Shown: positions 1-10,783 of the stretch, one piece after another
How positions within the stretch are numbered: position 1 is the stretch's first letter
Layout: every line of letters starts with the position of its first letter
NCBI GenBank assembly: GCA_965178125.1
Contig: OZ237739.1
Span: 1,488,001-1,552,000, forward strand
Reading direction: 5' to 3'
Origin: Bilabrum cf. latius
Lineage: Eukaryota
Length of the DNA stretch: 64,000 bases
Notes under the pieces: generated by a model
Database searches by the model: none
Told to the model about the DNA's origin: nothing
What the model saw: the letters and a program-made list of their open reading frames with translations, nothing else
Translations under genes and position numbers: made by a program

Positions 1-490
1 GTTTCACCACCACGAGCTGGAGAAATGACGGTTCAGGCAATCCAGCTGGCTGCTCTCACTCCCGCGTTCTACAAGGACACTCCATCCTGCAGCCTTATTG
101 CTGCTGCCATCTTGCGAAGGCTTGGCCTCTCAGGTGCGCTCTCTCAGTCTCAGATTAGTTGCTGAGAGTACAGGGCTGCAACATGGATCTTCGGCAGTGA
201 GCTCCGAGTCAATGTAGCGATTACGAGTTGGTCTGGGGCATAGCAATGGGGAGGTGGTGGTGCTCTGGACCGCATTGCCGCCGCAACCGCAAAACGAAGC
301 ACCTACAAATCCATTCACTCCCGAGACGAACCGGAAGGCAACAAGACTTGGCGTGGGTCTTCCAGTCCGTGACTGTAGGCTGTCCGTGAAGTTTTACATA
401 GAAAACACGACTAAGATGAAGGATTGGTATCCGGGCTGTCATGCATGAGAGCAACGGCGGGCCCTTTCAGCTATGGTGTGGAGCTGCCGC

Positions 491-1249
491 TCACTTGCCC
501 TCTGCCTCCCCCTCTTTGCTCTCCTCCACGCCCGACTCGGATGCTTCCACGCGGGCCTTCTTCGCCGGGTCCTCGCCGTCGGCGGGCCCGTCTGCGGCAC
601 GCTTCCCCGCCTCGGAGGACGCCCCTTCCCCCGCGCCCCCGGTTGCAGCCCCGGCGCCTGCCTCCGCCTCCTTGCTCTCCCCCGCGGCAGCTCCGGCACA
701 GTCTACCAGCTTCGTCACCACTTCTTGGACGTACTGTTTCCTTGCGTCCATGCTGTCGCATGGGCGGTTGTATGGCGTCCACACTGGCTCACCGACAAAG
801 AGGCGCATAGCCTGGATGAAGTTCTTCTCATCCAGCGTAAACCTGTGGTAGATACCCGCAGGGAGCACGATCATGTCGCCCTTGCCCATGGCAATACGGA
901 TCCATTTATCATTCTCGTCGCGGACGTCGAAGTATCCTGTTCCATCCAGCACAAGACGGATCTCCTCGTCGGTGTGGATGTGCTCCTCGAAGAACGACTT
1001 GATCTTGTTCTCATAGTCCGGGAGCGTGTCGGGATGGCACGTGATCTAGTCATTGTATGTGTATCCTCGTTCTGTTCTAATCTTGTTGAAAGTTTCGTCT
1101 TTCTCAAGGTCATCGACCCCGAGTCCCTCCCACGCCAGCACCCCTAAAGCCTTCAGCTTGTCCTTGCTAACTGGGGCGTTAGGAGACAACTGATGCGGCT
1201 TCCGCTGATCTTCAGAGCTATCATCCATATACCAGGCTACGATCGGCAT
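491..1249 (-). CDS. ADI1: Acireductone dioxygenase (methionine salvage), ~252 aa with an acidic/Ala-rich C-tail
   Basis: AWYMD..DQR.PH N-terminus and cupin metal motifs [24 protein letters not shown] and [10 protein letters not shown]. ORFs 1046-1249 and 491-952 are in one frame, joined across a single TAG (1046-1048). Ends TGA at 491. Confidence 0.93.
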
Positions 1250-1438
1250 CGTACGCTGCCTTCTAGGTGTAGGAATGCCGGCTCCACGTCGCCCATTTTC
1301 GATCTGTCACCGGAAAATCAGATCTCTTTTTTTTTTTGTCACGCAACCAAACACCCGAGCAAATCTGCAAGGAAGTACTTGGCCAAAACCACTGCGCAGA
1401 GAAATCCACACTCGGTAATCCATGCTTGCATCCTTCGC

Positions 1439-3716
1439 TCAGTCCCTCCCTCCCCCATCCGCATTCGCCTTCATCTGCCTCCGGACCTCGTCTTCACCGA
1501 GCCCCTCCACCTCCCGCTCGCTCAGCGGTGCCTCCCCTCGGATCTTGCGCTTCGCATTCAGGCGGTGCTGCGTGCTGCGGAAATGAGCGCGGAACCCTGC
1601 CGAGTCCGCGAAACCCACGTGGCACGTGCCGCAGCTGAACTTGGACGCGGCCGCTGCAGCAGCGGTGGCAGTTGCGTCCGGTGCTGCTTCTGGAGCTGGC
1701 GCTGGCGCTGCTGCCGCACGGTCTGCGTCTGCGTCCGATGCAAGCGCCCCGGCATCGCTCGATGAGGGGCCATCCGGCCCCTCCCCATACGCCCACAGCA
1801 CGGCCCGACCCCTGGCCGCACCTGCATCCACATCTGCGCCCATGCCCACGCCCATGCCTCCAGTGGCAGACCCGCTGCCGTCAGCCGCCGCCCCCACCAC
1901 ACTTGCCTCCACCACCTCCACGCCCGCAACCGGGGCACTGCCCGTGCCCGCCACCGCGTCCAGCCACCCTCCCCCCCGGGCACAGCCCCTGGCCATCGCC
2001 TGCACGGCTGCCTCCAGGCTGCGGTACGCGCCCGGTGCCAAGTTGCACTCAACGGATACCTGGCGCTTCCCCCCGGAAGCACCGCCCGCCCCCGAGGACG
2101 GTCGGGCAGCCACCGCCTCCGCCTCCCTGGCCACTTCCTCGAGCGCTCCCAGCAGCATCGAGCTCGTGGTGGTGTCTGGCGCCGCAGCGGTGGACGGAGC
2201 CGATGCGCCGCTGGTCTGTCCCTCCCTGGCTCCATCATCATCTCCCTTTCCCTCACCGTCGGCATCCCCCACGATGGCTGCCTCATCTCCAATGCCCTCT
2301 TCATCCGGTCCCAACACGCGGGGCCGACTGCCTCCCAAGAACCCCAGCACGCCCACGTCAAGCTCCTCGTCGTCGTCCTCCTCTGCACCTTGGCTGCCTC
2401 CGACTCCTCCTCCCGACGATCCCTTACCAGCACCTGCACGCAATGCACCTTCATCTTCCTTGCGTTCCCCCTCCTCCTCCTCACCGCCTCCCTCACCCTT
2501 GCTTTCCTTCATGTCCAGCTCCAGGCCAGCTCCCTTAGGCACGGGTGGGGGAGCCCCAGCCCGCACATGGGCCCGCAACGCGTCGCCTAGCCCGTCACTC
2601 CCATCCTCGTCGATACCAGCGCCGCCAGCGTCATCGTCGCCGGTGAGGGCAGCCGCGAGGGCCGCCAGCTGCTCTGCCTGCGCGTCCTTCTGCGCTTTCT
2701 TCTTCTCTTTGCGCCGCTGCTTCGCCTTCTTGCCCTTTCCCTTGCCTCGACCCTTGCCGCCAGCACCTGCACCTGCACCTGCACCTGCACCTGCACCTGC
2801 ACCTGCACCAGCGCCCGAGCTTGTGCCCGCCGCCGCAGCCTGGGAGCCCCCTCCTGCCATGGCCGCCCTACCACCGGCCGCAAGACCCTCTGCTGCCGTC
2901 AGGTCAGCGGCCCGCGCCGCGTGCTTCCCCGCTGCGGTGCACGCAGAAGCCGCAGAAGGCGTCAGGTCCGGGAGCGCAGGCGGGGCCGCGATCTCTGATG
3001 CCCCGGCTGCCTGCAGGAACGCGACGGTGAGCGCGGCCGCACTGAGCGAGGGAACAGAGGCCCGCACCCGCATGGGGGCCCGCTCGATGGGCAGCTGTCC
3101 GTGCCGGGCCAGCACCCTCACTGCCTCGAGGGCCTGGCGCTTGGGCGGCTGTGCAGGCCTCACCGCGAAATGGGCCTGTCGAAGGGCTCTGTCGATCACA
3201 GAGGGAGGGTAAGGCTATCGCGTGTCTGGATGCAAGCACATGCTGGACACTTGCGAGCACACCTCCTTGAACAGCCTGCGCAGGGGGCGGGAACGGCGTG
3301 ACGTGGCACAGGAGTGCTTCTTCTAAGGTTTACCCAACCCGAAAGGCTGCGGTGGAAGCAGCCGAGGCAGCTTTCATTCCATCCCAATCTCACTGGTCGT
3401 ACATGTGCTTTCGTTCTCTCTCGCCAATCTGCAGCTCCCCCTTCTCTAGAATCACGCGGCATACCTCTAGCGGATCTTCCGTGCCAAAGGCTTGCTTCAT
3501 GTCCTGAGCCGACGTGCTGACTCCCTTGCTCACATTGGAGAAGACAGCGGCAGCTTGCAGAACCTCATCGATATCGTCTTCCTGCCCCTGCCGCCAGGCC
3601 AATACTTTGTTCGGGTACGCTGCAATCTCGAATCTCTTGCCGTGCTTTCTCAGGCGCACAACTGCCACGTTAGTCAGCCTCTTCTGAGTCACTGGCTATG
3701 CAATCGCCCTGCTCAT
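1439..3716 (-). CDS. SBDS: SBDS/Sdo1 ribosome maturation factor with a C-terminal C2H2-type zinc finger, ~719 aa, one intron (3276-3393)
   Basis: [37 protein letters not shown] matches the family N-terminus. The intron GTGAGA..GCGCAG joins MYDQ to LFKEVCSQ. In-frame TAG at 3696-3698 and 3215-3217. C-terminal CGTC..F..FRAHFRSTQHRLN. Ends TGA at 1439. Confidence 0.93.
2766..2807. repeat. (CCTGCA)7 microsatellite encoding (Ala-Gly)n in SBDS
   Basis: Perfect hexamer repeat read directly from the sequence. Confidence 0.95.
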
Positions 3717-3880
3717 AAGTTCAAAGCTTCCAGCGTAGAGCAAGTAGTGTACTGTGCTCGGAAAGAACGACCGCTGGCGAACCTTTTTCTGGTTCGCGTG
3801 CCAGTGGGGAACGTTCCGTCAAAGCAGATGGAGACGTCAGAATTTCAATCAACCCATCTGAACACGCGAGAAAGAACACA

Positions 3881-4108
3881 ATGGGATAGGGTTCATCAGC
3901 ACCAGAGAAGAAGGTAGAGACACCAAAGGCTGGCGAAGTGAAGAAGGGAAAACCCCAAGTTGGGAAGAGTGGGAAGCGGATATGCTGTGCCTGCCCGGAG
4001 ACAAAAAAGTTGAGAGATGCGTGCATTTTGAGTAACGGGGAAGAGAAATGCTAGCCAGAGATTGAGGCACACAAAAAGTGCTTGATTGAGGATGGCTTCA
4101 GGTTGTAA
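3881..4108 (+). CDS. COX17: Cytochrome c oxidase copper chaperone COX17, 75 aa (absent from the ORF track)
   Basis: [10 protein letters not shown]...[43 protein letters not shown] then TAA. Has the CCxC copper site and twin CX9C. TAG at 3887-3889 and 4052-4054. Confidence 0.95.
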
Positions 4109-4210
4109 TTGAGAGCTTATGGGTGTATGAACAGCAGCAAGTGATAGAATCGCAAAGTGCATGTGTAGGCGAAACAAGCATTGCATGAGCACGCAGTCCA
4201 ACGAATTAAA

Positions 4211-6910
4211 TTACCACTCAACACCGTCCTGGTTTGCAAACGGCGCCAGTGGTCCGTGGACCGACCCTCCCAGAGCGCATGGCAAGCTCCTCGCCGCCTC
4301 GTCGGCCCCACTGCTGCCGTCGTCCTCAGCGGCCGCTGCACTCCCAGACTCGAGACCCCCCTCTGCGAGTCCGCGCGCGCCTCTAGCGGCGCCATCGCCG
4401 TCTGATTGCCCCGGACACTTTCCAGGCCCAAAACCCCCTGCGTCATTCCACCGCACGCCTGCCGCAGAGGCTGCGTGGCGAACCACCGAGGCGAACTCGT
4501 CAATGTGCACGTAACATCCCTGCAGGTGCCTCCGCGCCGCCTCCCCTTCCCCGTGCCCTCGACCCTGCGCCTCTGCCCCCATGGTCTCCTCCACGCCCCC
4601 GAACTGTTCCCTCCCGTGCAGCACCCTGCGGTTGTTGAACACGAGGCACTGCCCCGGCCGGAGCCGGAACCGCCACTTGACCGCCGGGCCCAGGGCCTGC
4701 ATGGCTCGGCTCGCGGAAGTGTAAGCAAAGTACGTCAGCTGCAGGGCCCTTGCCTCACCCACGGCATCCTGCAGGGCCTGCGCATCGCCCTCGCCCTCGC
4801 CCTCGCTCCGCCACAGGGCATCGTCCCCATGTCCGCCCGGGGTGGGTGCGAGGGCACCCCCCATGCCGGGAGCGGGGCGCGGGGGGGCCTCGAAGGCAGG
4901 GGCCCAGAACACCCCAGTTACGGGCCCTGCCGCCCTCGCCGCCGCCTCACACGCCTCCTCGGCGGCGCGGCCCGCTGCTGAACGGCCTTGTCCCAGCCCC
5001 AATTCTAATCCCAGTCCCAGTCCCAATCCCGAATCTGGCCCTTGCCCAGCTCCATCCGCTCCACCGGTACCGGCAAGCCCCACTCCGTCCTTGTTCCTCA
5101 GCCGCAGCGCCTCCCAGGCCAGCTGCGCCACCTCGGGTGCCAGCCCCGCGCCCCCCGCAACAGCCACTGCCGGCCGCTGGTAGGTCATGTGCACTGGCAG
5201 CGCCCTGTCGTAGTGCACCTTCTGGAATGCGAGGGGGCAGGAGGCCAGCGCCAGGAACGCCACGGGGTCCAGGATTCGGAGTGCCTCCGCCACCAGCACG
5301 AAATCAACGAGAGTGGACTCCCCGCCCCACACGGTTTCATCGAAGCGGCGGCACAGCAGCAGCTGCAGCCCGGGAGGAGACTCGTAGTAGCACAGGTCCA
5401 CGTGCGGCTCCAGCGCCACGCTCGAGTAGGCCGCGTTGATGGGCCGCACCTCCTCCCGCACGTCGAACGTCTCCCCGTAGATGGTGCTCTGCAGGCCATA
5501 CCCCAGCAAGCCGCCCACCGACCGCACGAAGTCGCGCTCCAGCCCGCAGCCCTCCACCACGGCTGCCCCTGTCCGCGCCACGTCCAGCAGCAGTTGCAGC
5601 CTCGCCGAATCTGTAGGGTCCGATGACGCGCTGCCGGCCGCCCCTCCAGCCGCCGAGTCTGCCTGCAGATCGGACCAGCTGTAGGTCGGGAGCAGCCGCC
5701 TGCACACAACCTCCGGCACGTAGGGAAGCGGGCTCGTCTCACCCGGGTCCAGCCCCGCCCCCGCCACCCTCGCCTCCCAGGCAGGGTCTGCCAGGTACCT
5801 GTACCCGATGCGGCGCCCCCGGTGCACCGCCTGCCGCAGGGCAGCCTGTACCCGCTTGGGGCCCCCGAACGAGGCGCAGGCAGACACGCTGCGGTCATCA
5901 GTGGAGGCGCCGATCTGCGGGACGATGCTGTGGGACGCAGCAGCAGCAGGATCAGCAACAGCGGCCGCATCCGCGCCAGTCGGGGCGGCTCGTTCCGGCA
6001 AGGCAGGAGAGACCGGCACATCGCCGGAGGCAGCACGGGGCTGGTGCCAGTGCCCTGCCGACCCACCGCCGCGCGTGGCAGCCTGGCTTTCAGTGGTAGC
6101 ATCGATCCACTCCTCCCCGTCGCTGTCTAGCTCCACCGCTCCTGTGGACCCTGCCGCAGCCCCTCCAAGCACACCCCCCATTTCCATTGCGTCTGCAGGG
6201 GCGCGCCTGCCCCGCTGCGGCACACGGGCCCCTTCCCATTCACGGCCCATCGACCGGTCCCTCCACAGGCGGTCACTCTGCATGGAGGCCCGGTCCCTCC
6301 CCAGCCGGGTGTTCTGCCGGAGCCACCAGTCGGGATACACGCTCTCCTCGACGGGGGGATGCCCGCTCGCCGCCCCTGCGCTCGTCGATGGACCGTGGCC
6401 GGCATCCCAGCGAACCACAAGCTCCCAGCCTGGACGCTCTGCCCGGCTTTCACTCCGCCTTGCGGCAGCGGTGGGGTTCGGGGAACTTGGCCGTACTGCC
6501 ACGCCTGCCACCCGTGGCGACACCGGCACCGCGTCGGAGGAACCCACGCGCTAGCCCGTCCCTGCCTGGGTCATGGACCTGCAATTGTGCCAAAGCCATG
6601 CCGATGGTAACGCAACCCACTGAGAACCGGCCTGAAGCCTAACAAAGCTCGTTTGCACATCGCGGTCGCGCACCAGTCCAACTGCAATCTTCTCGCTATC
6701 GTCCAAATGCTGGGCTTGCGACACATACGTAGCATTATCAGCCCCGACCATGCTAGCATTGACCTATTCGTGGGAGACGGATGCGCACGTTCTTCTCTTG
6801 TGCTACCCAAGAACAAGTTCAGTGCGAGCCTGCGACCGCCACGCACTCCGCCCGACGATTCGGCCGTTTCTTCGTAGCGATGTCCGGGCCAACTAGCGTA
6901 TGGTCTTCAT
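4211..6910 (-). CDS. Gamma-butyrobetaine/trimethyllysine dioxygenase-like 2OG-Fe(II) enzyme (TauD/TfdA fold), ~899 aa, probable mitochondrial presequence
   Basis: HVD (HxD), YYESPPGLQLL, FNNRRVLHGR and RHLQGCY motifs, plus N-domain WLWHNC...TG*R. The frame opens upstream through TAGs at 6551, 6764, 6803 and 6893 to ATG 6910 (MKTIR*LARTSLRRNGRIVGRSAWRS, Arg-rich and acid-poor). Ends TAA at 4211. Confidence 0.85.
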
Positions 6911-7572
6911 TGTTTGTGTTGATTCAATATGTAGCGCTCGATGGTTCCAAGGAATAGAAGGTAAAGACCTCGGGCCAAAATAAAACCGTAAATACGGATT
7001 TGAGCCACTTTATGTGGCGAGCAGTTTGACGTGCACCGGTACCCGCCGCGTGTTTTCTGTACCAGGTTGCCGAGCTGATCAGGTCTTGTGTATCTGATAT
7101 CAGCAAGCCTAAACTTCAAGGAGCAGTTGAAAGGGAGTGAGATCGGAGGTGAATTGTCGCCGGAAATCACCCTGATCTGCCGCAGTCGACGCAAACAAGG
7201 CTAGCTGCCGCATAGGTGTCGCCAATCCTCGCTTGCGAGTGTACTACGCAGTGTCGGATTCTATTTGATAACTACCAACATACCTGGTGGTTCTCTTCAG
7301 ACTCGCGTATTCGGCCCAACTTCTGGTAGGTCTTGCGACTGCAAGAGTTTTGCAGCTTCACGCTGGCATCCTAGCATCGTCAGCCCCGAGCATTAGCTTG
7401 CTTGTGTTCGGGTATCAGTTGTGTCTTTCCGCAGACTGAGTCGTAAGACACGGAATTCCCTCGGTAACGCTAAGATAGAGCGTAAGGCAAGCCACTTGAA
7501 TCCTTTACAATCCAGCGTCGCATCGCTGCTTCGAAGGATCACTCGATCTGATTCGGATTTGTTGTAGAAAGC

Positions 7573-10547
7573 ATGTCTGACCCTAACAGCAGCAATGAAA
7601 CACCTGCAAATGGCGCGGCCGCTGCTCCGGCAGCCGCGCAGCCACCCATGGACGCCGGCGAGCCCGAGTCCACCGCCGCCCCGGTGATCCGCCGCCGCCG
7701 CGGCAGGGGGCACCAGGAAGGCGCCACGCATGCCCATGCCGACGAAGCAGAGGAATCCTCGGGAAGCAAGCCGCCGAGACAAGCAGAGTAAGCATGGATT
7801 GATCGCGTAACATCACCCCTGTCAACCACCACATATACTGCCCTCGCTCGGACACACACCATACATGTCCTCGATCCATTCCACTGCCCTTGGCTCGCAG
7901 GACAGCAGGCAGTGGCACTAGGGGTCGCGAGGAGGACGAGGAGGACCTGTGGCGGGACGCGCGGGAGGCCAAGGCTCGTCGCATGGCCAGGAGGGAGCAG
8001 GCCAGGCAGGAGGGAGGGGGAGGGGGAGGGGGGGGAGAAGGGGGCCAGGGGGAGGGTAGGGGGGATGTGCCTGCGGCCGGGGCGGCCTTTGGGGCGCCCC
8101 GGGGTCGTGATACTGGCAGAGACGGGGACAGGGACAGGGACGGGGGCAGGGACAAGGATAGGATGGAGCGGGGCCGCAGCTACCACGGCGACAGAGACAG
8201 GGACCGGGACAGGCCTCGGTACCGAGACGACGACGACCGGGCGCGCAGGGACGGGGAGGGGTATGGCTATGACAGGCGGGGCCGGGGTCGGTACGACCGT
8301 GGGTACAGCTACCATGGTGGAGATGGGGACCGGTACAGGGGCGGAGGGGGTGACCGGTACAGGGGCGGGGGTGATCGGGGCTATGGCTACGGGCGGGGCG
8401 GGGACAGGGACAGAGACAGGGGCCGGAGCCGCCGGAGCCGCAGCCGCAGTGGGAGTGCCGATCGTCGCAGGAGCCGTCGCCGCGACAGCCGCAGCCGCAG
8501 CAGGGACCCAGAGAGGGCCGCCCGCAGCAGCCGCGACCGCAGCAGCAAGAGCAGGGACCGCCGCAGCCGCAGCAGGGCATCGGCACCACCCCGCGCCGAG
8601 GTGAAGAACTCGGTGGCAGAGGTCCTCAAGCGGCTGACCCAGGGATCCTCCATCGTGGCACCGCAGGTGGCCTCCACTCTGCAGGGGCAGGCCCCCGCCT
8701 CCGCGGGCCTTGTTCCCTCGGCTGCGGTGGGCATGCGGCTGCCCCCTGCCCCGTCCATGGCGCCCACCGCGTCCTATGTGGTGAGCGGGCCCATGAGCTC
8801 AATGGCGGGGCCTGCCACTGCCACTGCACCTGCGCCTGCGTCTGTCTCTGCGTCTGCGCTGTCCATGGGTATTGCTGGGTCGCAGGGGGGTGCTTTTGCG
8901 TCCTCGACGGCAGTGACTGCTGCTGGAGTGGGTGCGCCTGCGAGCAGCAGCAGCAGCAGCAGCAAAGTCCCAGATGTGGCGGACATCCAGGCCCACCTTC
9001 GCCAGGTGGCCATGAAGTTCAACCTCCCGACGGACGCGGAAGCAGACGTCCGCATCCGGAAGGAGATTTACCTGGGCAACCTGCCCGAGGGGGTCACCGC
9101 CGAGCAGCTCAAGGACTTCGTGAACCAGGTCATGGCCGCGGGGCAGCTGGTCACGGCTGCGGACGGAGAGGGCCCGGCTGTGGAGGAGGTGCGCATGGCG
9201 CCCGCCCCCGCTCGGTTTGCCTTCGCCGTGTTCCGATCCCCCGAGCTGGCCACCCGATCTTTGTCCCTGAGCGGCGTGGAGGTGGGCACGTTCCGGCTCA
9301 AGCTGGGTAGGCCCAAGGCCTACGTGGAGAGGTACGGAGACGACTCGCAGGGGGGTCTCGCGGGGGTAGGGGTGGGGGCGGCGCCGGCTGGGGGTGCCAA
9401 TCCGCTCATGGCGGGCCTCGCTGGGCAGGGGCAGGGGGCAGGGGCGGCGGGTGGACCCCAGGCCCTGGGTGGGCTGGTGCAGGCAGGAATGGGGGCGAAT
9501 GCAGCAGCTGCTGCAATGGCTGGTGGCCTGCAGGGTGTGCCTGCACCTGGGGGGGCAGCGGCAGCAACAACAGGCACGCAGGGTGGCGATGGGATGCCGG
9601 CCAGCGCGGGCGAGGGTGCGGGTGCGGGTGCGGGGGTGGGGGCAGGGGGCTGGCAGAAGACGGTGGCCACCCCGCTGGGGCTGGGCGGGCCTGTGAGTGA
9701 CGGCAGCTCCAGCATGTACGTGACAGTGCTTCCGGACTTCCTGGGCGCGCCTGACGTGCAGGACCTGGCGGCTTCCTTCGGGACGGCGGTGGGCGCCGAG
9801 GGGGTGGAGGGGGAGAAGGCGGCCCAGCTGCTGGAGGCGGAGGCGACGTTCGCCGCGGATGCGCGGGCCAAGGAAGCAGCCGCGGAGGGGCAGGCCGGTG
9901 CGTGCGCGCGCGGCGCCATCGTGCGCATGTCTGACCCCGGGACCGCCCGCCTGGCTGCCGAGTCGCTGCACGGCCTGGAGGTGGGGCCCTGTCTGCTGGC
10001 GGTGCGGCAGATGACCAAGAAGGAGGCGGGGGAAGAGGAGAAGCCCCGCGTGCTGGTCGTGTTCCTCAACGTCGCGACCGCGGACGAGGCCACGGACCCT
10101 CAGGCCCTGGCCGAAGCGGCCGACGACGTGCGTCAGGAAGCCGTGTCTTTCGGTGCCGTGCGGAGGGTGGGCACTGCGCCCAAGCAGCTCAGCGTGGCAG
10201 ACGTGCTCGAGCGGAGCGAGGCCCACGGCTGTGGCGCGGGCTCAGAGGCGAGGGCGGCGGCCGAGGCTGCCGTGGGCAACGGGATGCCCTGTCTGCCCGT
10301 CGTGTGCCAGTTCGAGGACGCCCAGGCGGCTGAGCGCGGCGCTGCGCGTCTGGCTGGGCGCAAGTTCGACGGGAGACTGGTTGTTGCGATCATTTGCCGG
10401 TCGGATGTGTGGGAACGACTGGAAACGGTGGAGCAGCAGCCGCTGCCGGACGATGACGAGTTGCCGAACGGCGGGGCTCCGCAGGCACCAGCGGCGCCTG
10501 CAGCGCCTCCTGCGGCATCAGCCGCCCTTGACGATGAACTCGATTGA
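7573..10547 (+). CDS. U2AF2: U2AF large subunit (U2AF65)-like splicing factor, ~953 aa, intron 7788-7900
   Basis: RD/RS-rich N-terminus, RRM1 (EIYLGNLP...FAFAVFRSPE...LKLGRPKAY), a degenerate RRM2 and a C-terminal UHM (LNV...DDVRQEAVSFG...LAGRKFDGRLVVA). The intron GTAAGC..CTCGCAG keeps frame. No TAG. Ends TGA. Confidence 0.85.
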
Positions 10548-10783
10548 ATATTTCGGTTTGGTTTGGGTTTGGTTTCGAAATGGCTTTCTAGGTGTCGAGC
10601 TGCCCAAATTTGTGCGACCGACCGGCGGGCAGGGAGCAAGTGCTCCGGCGAACCGGAAGTGAGCAGATTGCACTGCGCCGCAACTGGGATTCACATCAGG
10701 CAGCGACTCAGCTGTGCCATTGAGAGTAAAATAAGGTTCGCTGATTGTTAACAAACCACAATAACTTTGTCTACAAGGAGAAC

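Noticed and set aside
1-480. Short ORFs at the window start
   Set aside because: No frame gave a recognisable protein even with TAG=Q; left unannotated.
1626-3212. Long Ala/Pro/Ser-rich ORFs opposite real genes (also 20264-22447, 50050-51255, 55762-58578)
   Set aside because: Antisense shadows expected in GC-rich coding DNA; no domain motifs.
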